A stretch of 64,000 bases of DNA from Candidatus Spongiisociaceae bacterium (GCA_965262915.1 OZ253564.1:3808001-3872000); one strand, 5' to 3'. Positions 43,168 through 53,201 are shown, counted from the first letter of the stretch. Numbers and translations: made by a program. The notes: a model not told the origin generated them from the sequence alone.

Positions 43168-43743
43168 CTAGACAGGTGGATGATTGGCCGCTACCCACGA
43201 CAGTTTTGGTCTGACGCTTGCAGTTGGTTTTTCTGCCGCGCTCACGGTTCGACCGAGCCAGATGTTCCTGCCTACAGCGGCCAGTGTGGTCTTGTGGGTC
43301 TGGTAGCCGGGCATGAGGCGTTCGACGGTGGACCAGAACTCGGGGGTGTGGTTCGCCTCGCGGAGGTGGGCGAGTTCGTGGACGAGGACGTAGTCGATGA
43401 GACTTGGGGGGAGTTGGAGGGTGGCCCAGTGGATGTTCATCCGTGGGGGGCCGTCGGAGGGACGGGCTGAGGCCCAGCGGAAACCTAGGTCGCGAACCTC
43501 GACCCTCACGAATTCCTTACCCAGACGTGCGGCCCAGGGGCGGATCCTCTTGCGGAGCCACTTTGTGCCGACGTCGGTGTACCACCGCTGCATGGCCTCG
43601 GCGCCCTGATCGACCTCGCCGACCGGGAGGTCAAATCGGCCCCGGTCGAGGCGCACTCCTTTGCCCTCGGACTTGAGGGTAAGCCGGTAGCTGCGGCCCA
43701 GGCAGGTATCCAGGTTTGTCCGTCGGCCTGACCGAGCCGGCAA
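43168..43743 (-). pseudogene. M48/YgjP (DUF45) metallopeptidase, 5'-truncated fragment 1
   Basis: LGRSYRL, RDLGFRWAS, IDYVLVHELAHL.E.NH..EFW; no proper N-terminus. Confidence 0.7.
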
Positions 43744-43848
43744 ACTCTCGGGGAGCCGCGACTGGCGACCACTGCTCGTGGGTCTTGCCTGGCGTCCACG
43801 ACCCGTGTGGGCAGAACGCCCGCGGTGGCTTTACCCTTGAAAGGCGTA

Positions 43849-43886
43849 ACCCCGGCCGTTTGCCGAGGCATTGACGGTTCCGGGGT
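43849..43886 (+). ncRNA. Hairpin upstream of Abi gene (candidate abiF-like RNA)
   Basis: ACCCCGG-CCGT-tTGC-cgag-GCA-ttg-ACGG-tt-CCGGGGT nested stems ending 34 nt before the ATG. Confidence 0.45.
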
Positions 43887-43920
43887 CTTCGGATATTACT
43901 GTAAATCTGCTGTGGGACAG

Positions 43921-44593
43921 ATGTCAAGCGTCAATCACCAGGTGGTCGCCGACCGCCTCACGCGGGACCGGCTCGACTCGTACCTCCAAGCGACCGGGGG
44001 CAGCGTAACGTTAGCCATCGACCTGTACGATTGGAATACCCTGGCAGGTGCCGCCCTTCACGAGGACCTCGGCCGCCTTGAGGTCCTCTTCCGAAACGCG
44101 ATGGACGATGCGCTCGTCAGACACGGCTCGGCCCGAGCGTGGCAGAGTCCCTGGTACCGGCAAGGGCGTCTCTTTCAAGGTCGACAGAAGTCCCGGGCCA
44201 GAGTTGACATTTCCGATGCTCGCCGACGCGCAACCAGGCGAGGTCGGCCCGAGTTGCACGGCAAGGTAATCGCCGAACTCGGATTCGGGTTCTGGAGGTA
44301 CCTGTGCAGCTCGCAGTACTTAACTTCGCTGTGGGTGCCCGCCCTTGCCTCTGGTTTCGCTCAACACCCATCGCCCAATGACCCGCAACAGATCCGGACT
44401 GACGTGGAGGATCGTGTCCAACCTCTCCACCTCCTTCGGAACCGGATCGCGCATCACGAGCCGATACACCGGCGCGATCTGGCGCGCGATCACGACCAGC
44501 TGCTGGAAGTGGTCGGATGGATTTTGCTCCGACAGCCATTCCTGGGTCGTCGCGCGGAGCCGAACACCAGCCGTCCTCGCTTCCCGGCCCTGA
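43921..44593 (+). CDS. Abi_2 / AbiD-F-like HEPN protein with an extra T near the 3' end
   Basis: RLDSY, LY.WN, LEVLFRN, AELGFGFWRYL, LRNRIAHHEPI; natural C-terminus (CSDSHSWV...RP*) lies in another frame after ATTTTG at 44521. Confidence 0.8.
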
Positions 44594-44596
44594 CCG

Positions 44597-44899
44597 TCAA
44601 CGGCGTTCGACGATGGACCAGAACTCAGGAGTGTGGTTCGCCTCGCGGAGGTGGGCGAGTTCGTGGACGAGGACGTAGTCGATGAGACTTGGGGGGAGTT
44701 GGAGGGTGGCCCAGTGGATGTTGATTCGTTGGGCACCGGGCTGCGGACGGGCTGAGCCCCAGCGGAAGCCGAGGTCGCGAACCTCGACCCTCACGGAGTT
44801 CTCACCCATGCGGGCAGCCCAGGGACGGATCCTCTTGTTGAGCCACTTGGTGCCGACTTCGGTGTACCAGCGGCGCATTCTCTCGGCTCCTCGATCCAA
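44597..44899 (-). pseudogene. M48/YgjP fragment 2 (direct repeat of fragment 1)
   Basis: Near-identical to about 43318-43620; truncated at both ends. Confidence 0.75.
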
Positions 44900-44907
44900 C
44901 TCTGCAG

Positions 44908-45158
44908 CTAGTGCCGGTCTGACCGCATAGTTGTCCTGCCGATCGGGCTGTCCGACCGTTCAGCGGTATCTCTTCGCATCGATTGAGAGCACGTGACAGG
45001 AGGGTCTGGCGACCGCCGTCCCTCCATACCTGGCCGATCACCCCGCCGGGAGCACGAATCCGGTCGCCGTTCTCGAGGGCAGTCTGCAATCGGGACAGCA
45101 GGTCACGGCGACCGCGGTCGACGGCGATGAGTGCTCCGGTGTCGAGGACGATGGTCAT
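44908..45158 (-). pseudogene. Cassette PIN toxin copy 2, truncated after CGQTGTS
   Basis: MTIVLDTGALIAVDRG...; loses the DAS and TSD motifs; abuts the M48 fragment at a CTAG. Confidence 0.8.
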
Positions 45159-45439
45159 TCCCCGTACAGGCTAAGCCGGGCGGCCTCCAGCTCCTCGTTG
45201 GTCAACGCCCCATTCTCCTCCTGCCACTCAGCGAGCAGCCGGCCGAGACCCTCCAGGGCCTCCCGATGCTTCTGAGGTTTGTTGTAGAAGTTGTCAGGGT
45301 TGCTGAGGCTGGCCTGGTGGACCTCTTCCATAGCCGCGGCCAGGTGCGGATCCATCTCTCCGTTGGTACCCGTCACAACTATGGCGTAGAGTTTCGGCAC
45401 CTCCTCGAGTGCGGGCTCGCGTGCTTGCCGGGTATCCAT
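45155..45439 (-). CDS. Cassette antitoxin-like protein, copy 2
   Basis: TTGAAG-N17-TACGTT-N7-ATG; REALEGLGRLLAEWQEENGALTNEELEAARLSLYGE. Confidence 0.8.
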   Translation of the reverse strand: MDTRQAREPALEEVPKLYAIVVTGTNGEMDPHLAAAMEEVHQASLSNPDNFYNKPQKHREALEGLGRLLAEWQEENGALTNEELEAARLSLYGE

Positions 45440-45610
45440 ACCGGTCAACGTACCCCATCCTCGTACCGCCTTCAAGGGTGTCGTGAGGCACGGACTCTGC
45501 ACCACCGTGATCTCCTCCGCCAAGGGAACGGACCCGAGTCGGTGAGGTCGTCTATCAATCGTCAACGTACGGAACAGGCGTCAAGTACCAGCCAACGCGA
45601 GCAGCGTCGC

Positions 45611-46024
45611 TTATCCCGAGCGGAAGCTCTCAGCGATTCGAAGCAACGACCTCATAGACCTCAGGACCCGCTTCGTTTCGGAGATGGTTGGATTGCGATC
45701 GTCGTACTGAGCCTTGTACTTGACAGATAGCAACATACGTAAATGATATCCGGCATCCTGACCCATCCCTGGTGTCTCGCTTAGCAGCGCCACAGCCTTC
45801 TTATGGTCGCTGCTGGCAGAGCGTTTCCCGAGAGCGATACAGCAGATTACATCGGTGCCGGCCACCCCGGCCAACACTGCATTGCTCACAGCCACGGACC
45901 GCTGCGGCCCGGATTCTGACAACGGATCCAACTCAGCCGCGAGCGCGAACGCCTGCGCCTTCTCGAACCGAGCTGCAGCGTAGGCGTTGTTACACGGTAC
46001 CGTCCGTCCGCTCCCACGGGTCAT
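45611..46024 (-). CDS. HEPN-domain protein
   Basis: KAQAF..AAE, AVLAG.A..D, DH..AV.LL, K.KAQY; coupled downstream of MNT. Confidence 0.72.
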   Translation of the reverse strand: MTRGSGRTVPCNNAYAAARFEKAQAFALAAELDPLSESGPQRSVAVSNAVLAGVAGTDVICCIALGKRSASSDHKKAVALLSETPGMGQDAGYHLRMLLSVKYKAQYDDRNPTISETKRVLRSMRSLLRIAESFRSG

Positions 46025-46380
46025 ACGCCATATGTGAGCAGGTCGATGCCATCTCGGTCAAGGGAGCCAGCAAGCCCGGACGAGAGATGCTCGTACTCGT
46101 TATGTGTGTATACCAAGGGGATGCAGACCCTTCCGGCAACATCGTCCACGATCTGAGCCACCCTCATGGATATATCCCATCGGGCGTCGTCATCAGAGTT
46201 GTCCGGCCAGACCAGCAACAGATCAACGTCGCTATCCGGTCGCTCCTCTCCGCGTGCTACCGAGCCGAACAGTATCGCTCGGGAAACCCCGTCGGCGTGA
46301 TCTCGTACAGCTGAGGCGATCCGTGCAGGCAAGGCAGCCTCACCGGCACCGACGAGGCGCTCGACCCCCATGGTGTCCAT
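46021..46380 (-). CDS. Minimal nucleotidyltransferase (MNT); start uncertain
   Basis: LFGSVARGEERPDSDVDLL; ATG after AGGGAGG. Confidence 0.8.
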   Translation of the reverse strand: MDTMGVERLVGAGEAALPARIASAVRDHADGVSRAILFGSVARGEERPDSDVDLLLVWPDNSDDDARWDISMRVAQIVDDVAGRVCIPLVYTHNEYEHLSSGLAGSLDRDGIDLLTYGV

Positions 46381-46704
46381 GTCCGCCTCCCTTTCTGTTG
46401 CGACCTCCAACATAGCGCCCACCGCCTTGGTTGCTTCCACGCTCTGCCTGCGGACACCTCGCCGGAACGGGAATTGCCGACTCGGCTCGTCATGGTGGCC
46501 CCGTTCGGAGGGCGACAGCCGCGGGACCACGAGCATGGCGTCGACCGTAGACCTCGGGGCACTGCAAACCCTCATCCGGGTAGTGAATGAACGAAGCCCG
46601 GATACGACAAGAATCCTCCTTCGCTCCAAGCGAGGAGTGTCCCGTAGATCACCCCAGTCCAAAGCCATCCCCGGGCGGATGATCTATCAACCGCCACAGA
46701 CCGA

Positions 46705-46808
46705 CCCGGCGGGCACCTGCGGCGGGCTCGCGATGAGGGGGCTCCAGTCGGGAATGACGGTCATTCGCCGTACAAGCCGAGCCGGGCGGTCTCCAACTCC
46801 TCGTCGGT
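46705..46808 (-). repeat. Cassette remnant: antitoxin 3' end plus decayed toxin 5' end
   Basis: EELETARLGLYGE*/MTVIPDWSPLIA..QVPAG versus EELEAARLSLYGE*/MTIVLDTGALIA...QVPAG in the other copies. Confidence 0.8.
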
Positions 46809-47843
46809 GGTCTCGGTCCCGCCCATGTCCCGGGTGCCGACCTCACGGTCGGCCAGCACCTCCGCGATCGCTCTGCCGACCGCGTCAGCCGCCTGGTTCT
46901 CGCCCAGATGGTCCAGCATCATGCGCACCGCTTCGATCGACGCGATCGGGTTCACCCGCCGCTCACCCGTGTACTTGGGCGCCGAGCCATGGATCGGTTC
47001 GAACATCGACGGGAGCCTGTGCTCCGGGTCGACGTTGCCGCCCGCAGCGAACCCCATGCCTCCCTGCAGCATGGCGCCGAGATCGATGATGATGTCGCCG
47101 AACAGGTAGGAGGCCACAATTACGTCGAACCACTCCGGGTTCTTCACCATCCACATCGACAATGCGTCAACCAGCGCCATGTCCGTCTCCACGTCCGGGT
47201 AGCCGGCCGCCACCTCGTCGAACACCGAGTCCCAGAACACCATCGAATAGTTGAGCGCGTTCGACTTGGTGCAGTTGGTAACCCTGCCAACCGGCGCCTC
47301 GGCGCCCAGCTTGGAACGCGATCGGGCCAACTCGAACGAGTAACGCATCACCCGCTCGCAGCCCTTGTAGGTGAACACGGCCGTTTGCATCGCCACCGCA
47401 TCCGGCGTGCCCGCCTTGAACACCCCACCCTGCGCGGCATACTCGCCCTCGGTGTTCTCCCGCACCACCACCATGTCCAGCGTCTCCGGTGTAGCTGTGC
47501 GGATCGGTGTTGCGACCCCCGGGTACAGCCGAATCGGCCTCAGGTTGACGTACTGGTCGAACCCGCGCCGTACCCCGAGTATCAACTCCAGCGACAAATG
47601 GTCGGGCACCTTGGACACGTCACCCACGGAACCGAAGAATATCGCATCGAACGCGGCCAGGGTGTCGAGATAGTCGTCCGGCATCATCTTCCCGTCGGCT
47701 AGGTACCGGTCGCAGCCCCAGTCGAACCACTCCGTCTGCACGGAGAAGCCGTACCGTTGTGCGGCCGCTCGGAGAGCCCGCTCCGCCTCCTCCGAAACCT
47801 CCGGACCCACACCATCCGCCGGAATCACAGCTATCCGATACAC
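46761..47843 (-). CDS. Dehydrogenase copy 2 with antitoxin-derived C-terminus (possibly decaying)
   Basis: Paralog of 39523-40605; TTG start changed to CTC, SNLFGD changed to SYLFGD, tail replaced. Confidence 0.8.
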   Translation of the reverse strand: MYRIAVIPADGVGPEVSEEAERALRAAAQRYGFSVQTEWFDWGCDRYLADGKMMPDDYLDTLAAFDAIFFGSVGDVSKVPDHLSLELILGVRRGFDQYVNLRPIRLYPGVATPIRTATPETLDMVVVRENTEGEYAAQGGVFKAGTPDAVAMQTAVFTYKGCERVMRYSFELARSRSKLGAEAPVGRVTNCTKSNALNYSMVFWDSVFDEVAAGYPDVETDMALVDALSMWMVKNPEWFDVIVASYLFGDIIIDLGAMLQGGMGFAAGGNVDPEHRLPSMFEPIHGSAPKYTGERRVNPIASIEAVRMMLDHLGENQAADAVGRAIAEVLADREVGTRDMGGTETTDEELETARLGLYGE

Positions 47844-47983
47844 CCTGAGACCTCTCACTCGCGATACCCGCGGCACCGTAACACCATCGGATGTTGCGGC
47901 TCAAACTGTCCGCCTATCAGGAGGAACCGCCCTGGGCTGCGTCGACTCGTGGCTGTTGAACCCCAGGACTAACACGATCCCTC

Positions 47984-48388
47984 ATGCCAATGAGGATGAT
48001 GTACGGACCCCGCCAGATCCTCCAAACCCTCACTCCCGACACGAAGTTAGCCGGCATGATCTTCGACCGGAGGGGCCGTCCCCTCTGGTTGGGCCGAAAC
48101 CAGCGATTGGGCAACATTGCCCAACGCCTCGCCGTCGCCATCCGCGACGGCGGCTGCTTCGAGTGCGGCGCCCCCATGCACAGATGCGAACTCCACCACA
48201 TGAAGGAATGGCACCGCGACCAAGGACCCACCAACATCGACAACCTCGTCGCCGTCTGCCGCCGCCACCACAAATGGTTAGAATCCAACAACCTCGTAGT
48301 CCAGAGAACCCCCAACGGCTACCAAACCCAACCCCGCGCCGGTCGACAAGCCAATCCGAAGCCCCCGAAACCGCTCGAACCAGGCTGA
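47984..48388 (+). pseudogene. HNH endonuclease, C-terminal fragment of a DUF222-HNH protein
   Basis: PLWLGR..R....QR.A...RDGGC..CG....C..HH..W...GPTNIDNL..VC..HH. Confidence 0.8.
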
Positions 48389-48633
48389 CAAAGCCTCGCG
48401 ACTCCCAGTACGGACGACATTGGACGAAGGGCCGGGGCGGCGGTTACAGGACAATTCCCAGGCACCGGAGCGATCGTGTCACTCTTCGCCCTGCTAACCG
48501 CGACACAGTTTCCAGACGGTCACCGGGTACCATGATCTCTCAGACAATCCGGCCGGGAGTTGCCAGCGCCGCTGTAGACATATCGACCGGTGTCGCTCCG
48601 GTATCTTGGGCGAGAGTAGGAGGGAAGCGGGAG

Positions 48634-51351
48634 GTGAGCGCTTCATGGGATTGGCCCGGGTCGCGCTGGTGGCGGGTCGATCTGCACTGTCACTCGCCGG
48701 CATCCCACGACTTTAGGTCCGACCAGGCCTCGTCTGCCCCTGACTGGATCGGCTGGGTAGAAGCCGCTCGCGATGCGGGTCTAGATGCTGTTGCCGTGAC
48801 CGACCACAATACAGCGACCGGAATTGAACACCTGCAGAAGGTGGCCGCACAGGTGGAGAACGCGCCCGTGCTATTCCCCGGCGTCGAACTCACAACTGCG
48901 GACCGCTGTCACTTGTTGCTGCTTATGGACCCGGCGCGCGAACGAAGACACATCGAAGATCTGCTCTCGAGGTTGGAGGTCCCGGTTGACGGGCGGGGCA
49001 ATCCGGAAACTGGTTCACCTCTCAGCACCCAGCAGGTCTTGGACCGGTGCAACGACCGCGTGATCGTCATTGCAGCACATGTGAACGGTCCGCGTGGGCT
49101 GTTGACGGAACACACCGGCCAGCCAAGAATTCGGGAGCTCGGGGAGCGTCGGCTGGCTGCAGCGGAAGTGGATCCTGCCCAGGAAATCGATCGTAGGTGG
49201 ATTGACGGCAGTCTTCCGGAGGTTGGACGCCAGATACCGGAAGTGCAGTCTTCAGACAGCCACTGCCTAGCGGACCTGGGCCGCCGCCACACGTGGGTGA
49301 AGATGACCCGCCCAGATCTGGACGGTCTCCGTTTGGCACTGCTGGACGGACCAGGGTCCCTGCTGAAGACCACCGGAGGCGATGCACACGATCCCAACGA
49401 TCAGCGGGCTGCCCTTGCCATCGAAAGTGTTGTAGTCGATTCCGCCAGACACATGGGCCGTCCATCCCCGACCCGGATCGACTTGAACCCCTGGCTCAAC
49501 GTGATCATAGGAGGGCGCGGTACCGGCAAATCAACGCTCGTGGACTTCTGTCGAAAGACGTTGCGGCGGGACAATGAACTCGACGATGTGAAGCGCAGCG
49601 AGGACGGTGCCTTGCGTAGCCTGTTCGACCGTCGATTGAGGGTACCCTCCCGGCGCGATCAGGAAGGCCTTCTTGCCAGAGAAACGAGGGTCGAGGTCAG
49701 ATACCGGAAGGACGACACCCGGTTCAGCCTCGCCTGGAACCAGGATGGATCGGCCCATCCGATAACGCTGATCGACGGTGATGCCCTGCGGGAGGAAGAG
49801 GGCGACATCCGTGAGCTGTTTCCCGCACGTATCTACAGCCAGAAACAGCTGTTCGCGATAGCCCAGGATCCGAAGGCGCTCCTCACCGTCATCGACGACA
49901 GCCCGGAGGTGAACGGCACCGACCTTCGACGTCGTAGGGGCGAACTGAGAGACCGTTACCTCGCCCTGCGAGCGGGAGCGCGCTCGGAAGCCCGCAAGGC
50001 TCGGGAACGGCCCAACCGTACCGCCGCGCTGGCCGACGTGCGACGGAAGCTCAAAGTTCTCGAGGAGGGTGGACAGGCACAAATACTCAACGACTATCGA
50101 CATCAGCGCCGCTCTCACAGCGATTGGGACACGATCCTCGAGTTCTCCGAGTCCACGCTGGATGCTGTCGAGCAAAGCGTCGAGGACCTGTCGGTTCCTG
50201 ACCTGGACAGCAGCGACGACAGCCACCCCGACGGTCAGCAATTGACGCGCCTGCACACCTTGCTGGTAACGACCTTCGAGGGGGCGCGATCCGACTTGAG
50301 CAGGGTTCTCCGGAAGGTACGGCGAGATCTCGACGCCATCCGATCAGGCCCCGATGCCGTGCAGTGGCAGGAGCGTCTGGAATCCAGCTATAGAGAATTC
50401 GAGAGGGTGAAAGCCGAACTCGAGGCCGAAGGAATCTCGGATCCGAACGATTACTCGCAACTGCTCGTGCATGAGAGCCGTCTCCGGAATGAGATCGAAG
50501 GGTTGGTCGAAGCGGAGGCTCGCGCTACAGAACTTGAAAGAGAAGCTGCCGAAGTCTTGGCCGCCTACCGGAATGTCCGCCGAGAACTGAGTGATCGGCG
50601 TCGCCGGTTCGCCCTCGACACTTCCACCGACACCATCAGGGTTGAGGTTGGAGCATTCGGAGACACCCGGGACCTCCTAGAGGATCTGGGGGACAGGCTC
50701 GGAACGGAAGGGTTCGAGAGAGACCGCCGGGTTCTGGCAAGAATGATCGAACCCGATGAGAGCACGGGGTGGGATTGGCAGCATCTCGATGAAGTGGTGG
50801 AGCAGATGGCGTCGGTCTCGGCGGGCGATCCAGCCAATTGGGACATTCGGGATGTGCGATTCGTGAATAAGCTTCAGAGTACGGAACCCGAGAAGCTGGA
50901 CCGGATCGCGCTGTACCTTCCGGACGACATGGTGACGGTTAGCTTCCGAGACCATCCGAATACGGGTTGGCGGTGCCTGGAGCAGGGCTCGCCGGGCCAG
51001 CAGACAGCCGCATTGCTGGCGTTCGTCCTGGGGTACGGAAGCGAGCCAATCGTCCTCGACCAGCCCGAGGACGACTTGGACAACACCCTGATCTACGACC
51101 TACTGGTGACCAGCCTGCGCCAAACCAAGAAGGCCCGCCAGATCATCATCGTGACCCACAATCCCAACATCGTCGTTCATGGAGACGCTGAACTCGTCAT
51201 ATCGCTGGAGTCGGGCCGAGGCCAGAGCCATGTGAACTCGATCGGAGGCCTGCAGGAAAGCAAGGTACGAGCCGAGGTCTGCAGGGTGATGGAAGGCGGC
51301 CAGGAGGCCTTCGAGAGCCGTTACCGGCGGATCATGCCGCCCACGATGTGA
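48634..51351 (+). CDS. PHP phosphoesterase + SMC/ABC-type ATPase (TrlF/Ppl-like)
   Basis: DLHCHSPAS, VTDHN, GVE, AH, SDSH; GGRGTGKST, SQ, coiled coil, SPGQ, LDQPEDDLD, VTHN; GTG after AGGAGG. Confidence 0.88.
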   Translation: MSASWDWPGSRWWRVDLHCHSPASHDFRSDQASSAPDWIGWVEAARDAGLDAVAVTDHNTATGIEHLQKVAAQVENAPVLFPGVELTTADRCHLLLLMDPARERRHIEDLLSRLEVPVDGRGNPETGSPLSTQQVLDRCNDRVIVIAAHVNGPRGLLTEHTGQPRIRELGERRLAAAEVDPAQEIDRRWIDGSLPEVGRQIPEVQSSDSHCLADLGRRHTWVKMTRPDLDGLRLALLDGPGSLLKTTGGDAHDPNDQRAALAIESVVVDSARHMGRPSPTRIDLNPWLNVIIGGRGTGKSTLVDFCRKTLRRDNELDDVKRSEDGALRSLFDRRLRVPSRRDQEGLLARETRVEVRYRKDDTRFSLAWNQDGSAHPITLIDGDALREEEGDIRELFPARIYSQKQLFAIAQDPKALLTVIDDSPEVNGTDLRRRRGELRDRYLALRAGARSEARKARERPNRTAALADVRRKLKVLEEGGQAQILNDYRHQRRSHSDWDTILEFSESTLDAVEQSVEDLSVPDLDSSDDSHPDGQQLTRLHTLLVTTFEGARSDLSRVLRKVRRDLDAIRSGPDAVQWQERLESSYREFERVKAELEAEGISDPNDYSQLLVHESRLRNEIEGLVEAEARATELEREAAEVLAAYRNVRRELSDRRRRFALDTSTDTIRVEVGAFGDTRDLLEDLGDRLGTEGFERDRRVLARMIEPDESTGWDWQHLDEVVEQMASVSAGDPANWDIRDVRFVNKLQSTEPEKLDRIALYLPDDMVTVSFRDHPNTGWRCLEQGSPGQQTAALLAFVLGYGSEPIVLDQPEDDLDNTLIYDLLVTSLRQTKKARQIIIVTHNPNIVVHGDAELVISLESGRGQSHVNSIGGLQESKVRAEVCRVMEGGQEAFESRYRRIMPPTM

Positions 51352-51357
51352 CCTCGC

Positions 51358-52599
51358 ATGCCCTCCAACACTGATCTGGAGAGGATGATCCGCCTGGGTG
51401 AAGACTCGTCCCTGGAGTTGAAGCGAGTACTACTTCAAGGGTCGAAGGTCATCGGGCCTCGGCGCGCGGCGATGGCCGACGTGGTTGCAGGGATGGCGAA
51501 CAGCGAGGGCGGCACGATCGTTCTCGGTGTCGATGACAGGACACGCGAAGTACTGGGTATTCCCCTTGCCAGGCTGGACATCGTGGAGCAGTGGATAGCC
51601 GGGATATGCCTGGACTCGCTGAAACCGCCACTCAACGCCACCATCCGTCGACTCGAACTGCCCGGTGTGTCAGGGGATCCGGTACCTGTACTGCGCGTCG
51701 ATGTGCCGCGCAGCCTGTTCGTCCATCAGAGCCCGGGGGGCTATTACCAGAGGACCGGGAGTTCCACCCGCAGCCTGCAGCCGCAAGTGCTGGCCCGGCT
51801 ACTCCAAGAACGTAGCCAGACCCGGCTCATCAGGTTCGACGAGTCAGTGGTGCCAGGGAGCGGACCCGAAGACCTCGTACCAGAACTCGCCACCCGGTTC
51901 CTACGGAGCCACGGCGATATGAGCGAGCAGAACCTACACAGGATCGGGGTCATAGCCCACGCCGACCAAGGCACCACATGCCTCACCGTGGCGGGCGTGC
52001 TCATGTGCACCAGATCGCCGGGAGATTGGCTCCCGCATGCATACGTCCAAGCCGTGAGCTACGCAGGCGAGCGGCGAGACATCAACTACCAGCGAGACGC
52101 GGCTGATCTGTCCGGTCCGCTCGATAGCCAGGTGTCTGAAGCGTTGCACTTCGTGCGAAGGAACATGTCCGTCAGGGCCACGAAGGGGATTGGACGCGCC
52201 GAACGCCCGCAATACAGCGAGCGGGCGGTTTTCGAGGCGCTGGTGAACGCGGTCGCCCATCGCGACTATTCGATGGCGGGTGCCCGTATTCGCCTGCATA
52301 TGTTCAGGAACCGGATCGAGCTTTACGTACCGGGATCCCTCGCCAATACCCTCACGACGGACAGCATGGCCGATCGACAGTATTGCCGCAATGAGCTGAT
52401 CGTGTCGCTCCTCGCCCGCTGCCCCGTAGCTGAAGACGGTCTTGCCCGAAAGTACATGATGGAACGGCGCGGAGACGGCGTACCGATCATTCTGGATGAA
52501 AGCCGCGACCTATCGGGACGTTACCCCGAATACAGAATGATCGACGACAGCGAGCTTCGTCTGATCATCTGGGCAGCCGGCGCGGAACCAGCCGAGTAA
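51358..52599 (+). CDS. Schlafen/AlbA_2 domain + HATPase_c_4 protein
   Basis: GEDSSLELK, MANSEGGTIVLGVDD, Y.R.GSS, EALVNAVAHRDYS, PG.L, RN, ERRG.G. Confidence 0.85.
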   Translation: MPSNTDLERMIRLGEDSSLELKRVLLQGSKVIGPRRAAMADVVAGMANSEGGTIVLGVDDRTREVLGIPLARLDIVEQWIAGICLDSLKPPLNATIRRLELPGVSGDPVPVLRVDVPRSLFVHQSPGGYYQRTGSSTRSLQPQVLARLLQERSQTRLIRFDESVVPGSGPEDLVPELATRFLRSHGDMSEQNLHRIGVIAHADQGTTCLTVAGVLMCTRSPGDWLPHAYVQAVSYAGERRDINYQRDAADLSGPLDSQVSEALHFVRRNMSVRATKGIGRAERPQYSERAVFEALVNAVAHRDYSMAGARIRLHMFRNRIELYVPGSLANTLTTDSMADRQYCRNELIVSLLARCPVAEDGLARKYMMERRGDGVPIILDESRDLSGRYPEYRMIDDSELRLIIWAAGAEPAE

Positions 52600-53201
52600 C
52601 CCCGCTCCGAACTCCCAAGTAGGGAGCTGACAACGTGCAGCCACTCCCTTACAGACTTCGTCGCGCCATCGACCCGTCATTCGCAGGAGAACACTTGGCG
52701 ACCGGGGTCTCTCCATGCCGGACCAACCCAAGAACGATCGTGGGCCGGAGAACGAAATCATCCGCCCGGCAGATACCATCCCGGCGGACACCGACCCGGT
52801 CCCCGTTTCCGAACACTGGCCCGACCCCCGCTCCCACCATCGGCCCCGACCGGGACGCCACTCACTCCCGGCTACCTGCCCAACATCCAACCCATCTCCG
52901 CCAGAGGGGCAGTCAACACTCTCAACCGGGGCTACGACATCGTTGTTGACATCACCCCCAACCCAACCTACCCGAGGCGGCACGCCCCACCAACCATGGC
53001 ATCGGTCGAGGAACTTCGTGCAGTCACCGTTCCCGGATGTGGTCTCTCCGCCAGAGCCCGGTCCGCTCCGACCAGTGCCCGCACAGCATCACCACTCGCT
53101 GCGCTGTTGCCGCCCTCCGGGGTCGTGCACCCAGAGCCAATTGACGGAACGATTATCAACACCGCCTTGAATAGCTCGATGGGTTATGTTAGTTTGACGG
53201 T

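Noticed and set aside
43807-44685. 292-aa Abi ORF as given in the track
   Set aside because: The 5' part covers the hairpin leader and the 3' part results from the extra T running into the M48 fragment.
47956-48633. 226-aa N-terminal extension of the PHP-ATPase in the ORF track
   Set aside because: Low-complexity Pro/Arg translation overlapping the HNH fragment in another frame; the RBS and first PHP motif support GTG 48634.
52600-52950. ORFs 52635-52949 and 52715-53170
   Set aside because: Pro-rich, motif-free translations that run into the cassette leader; not supportable as genes.
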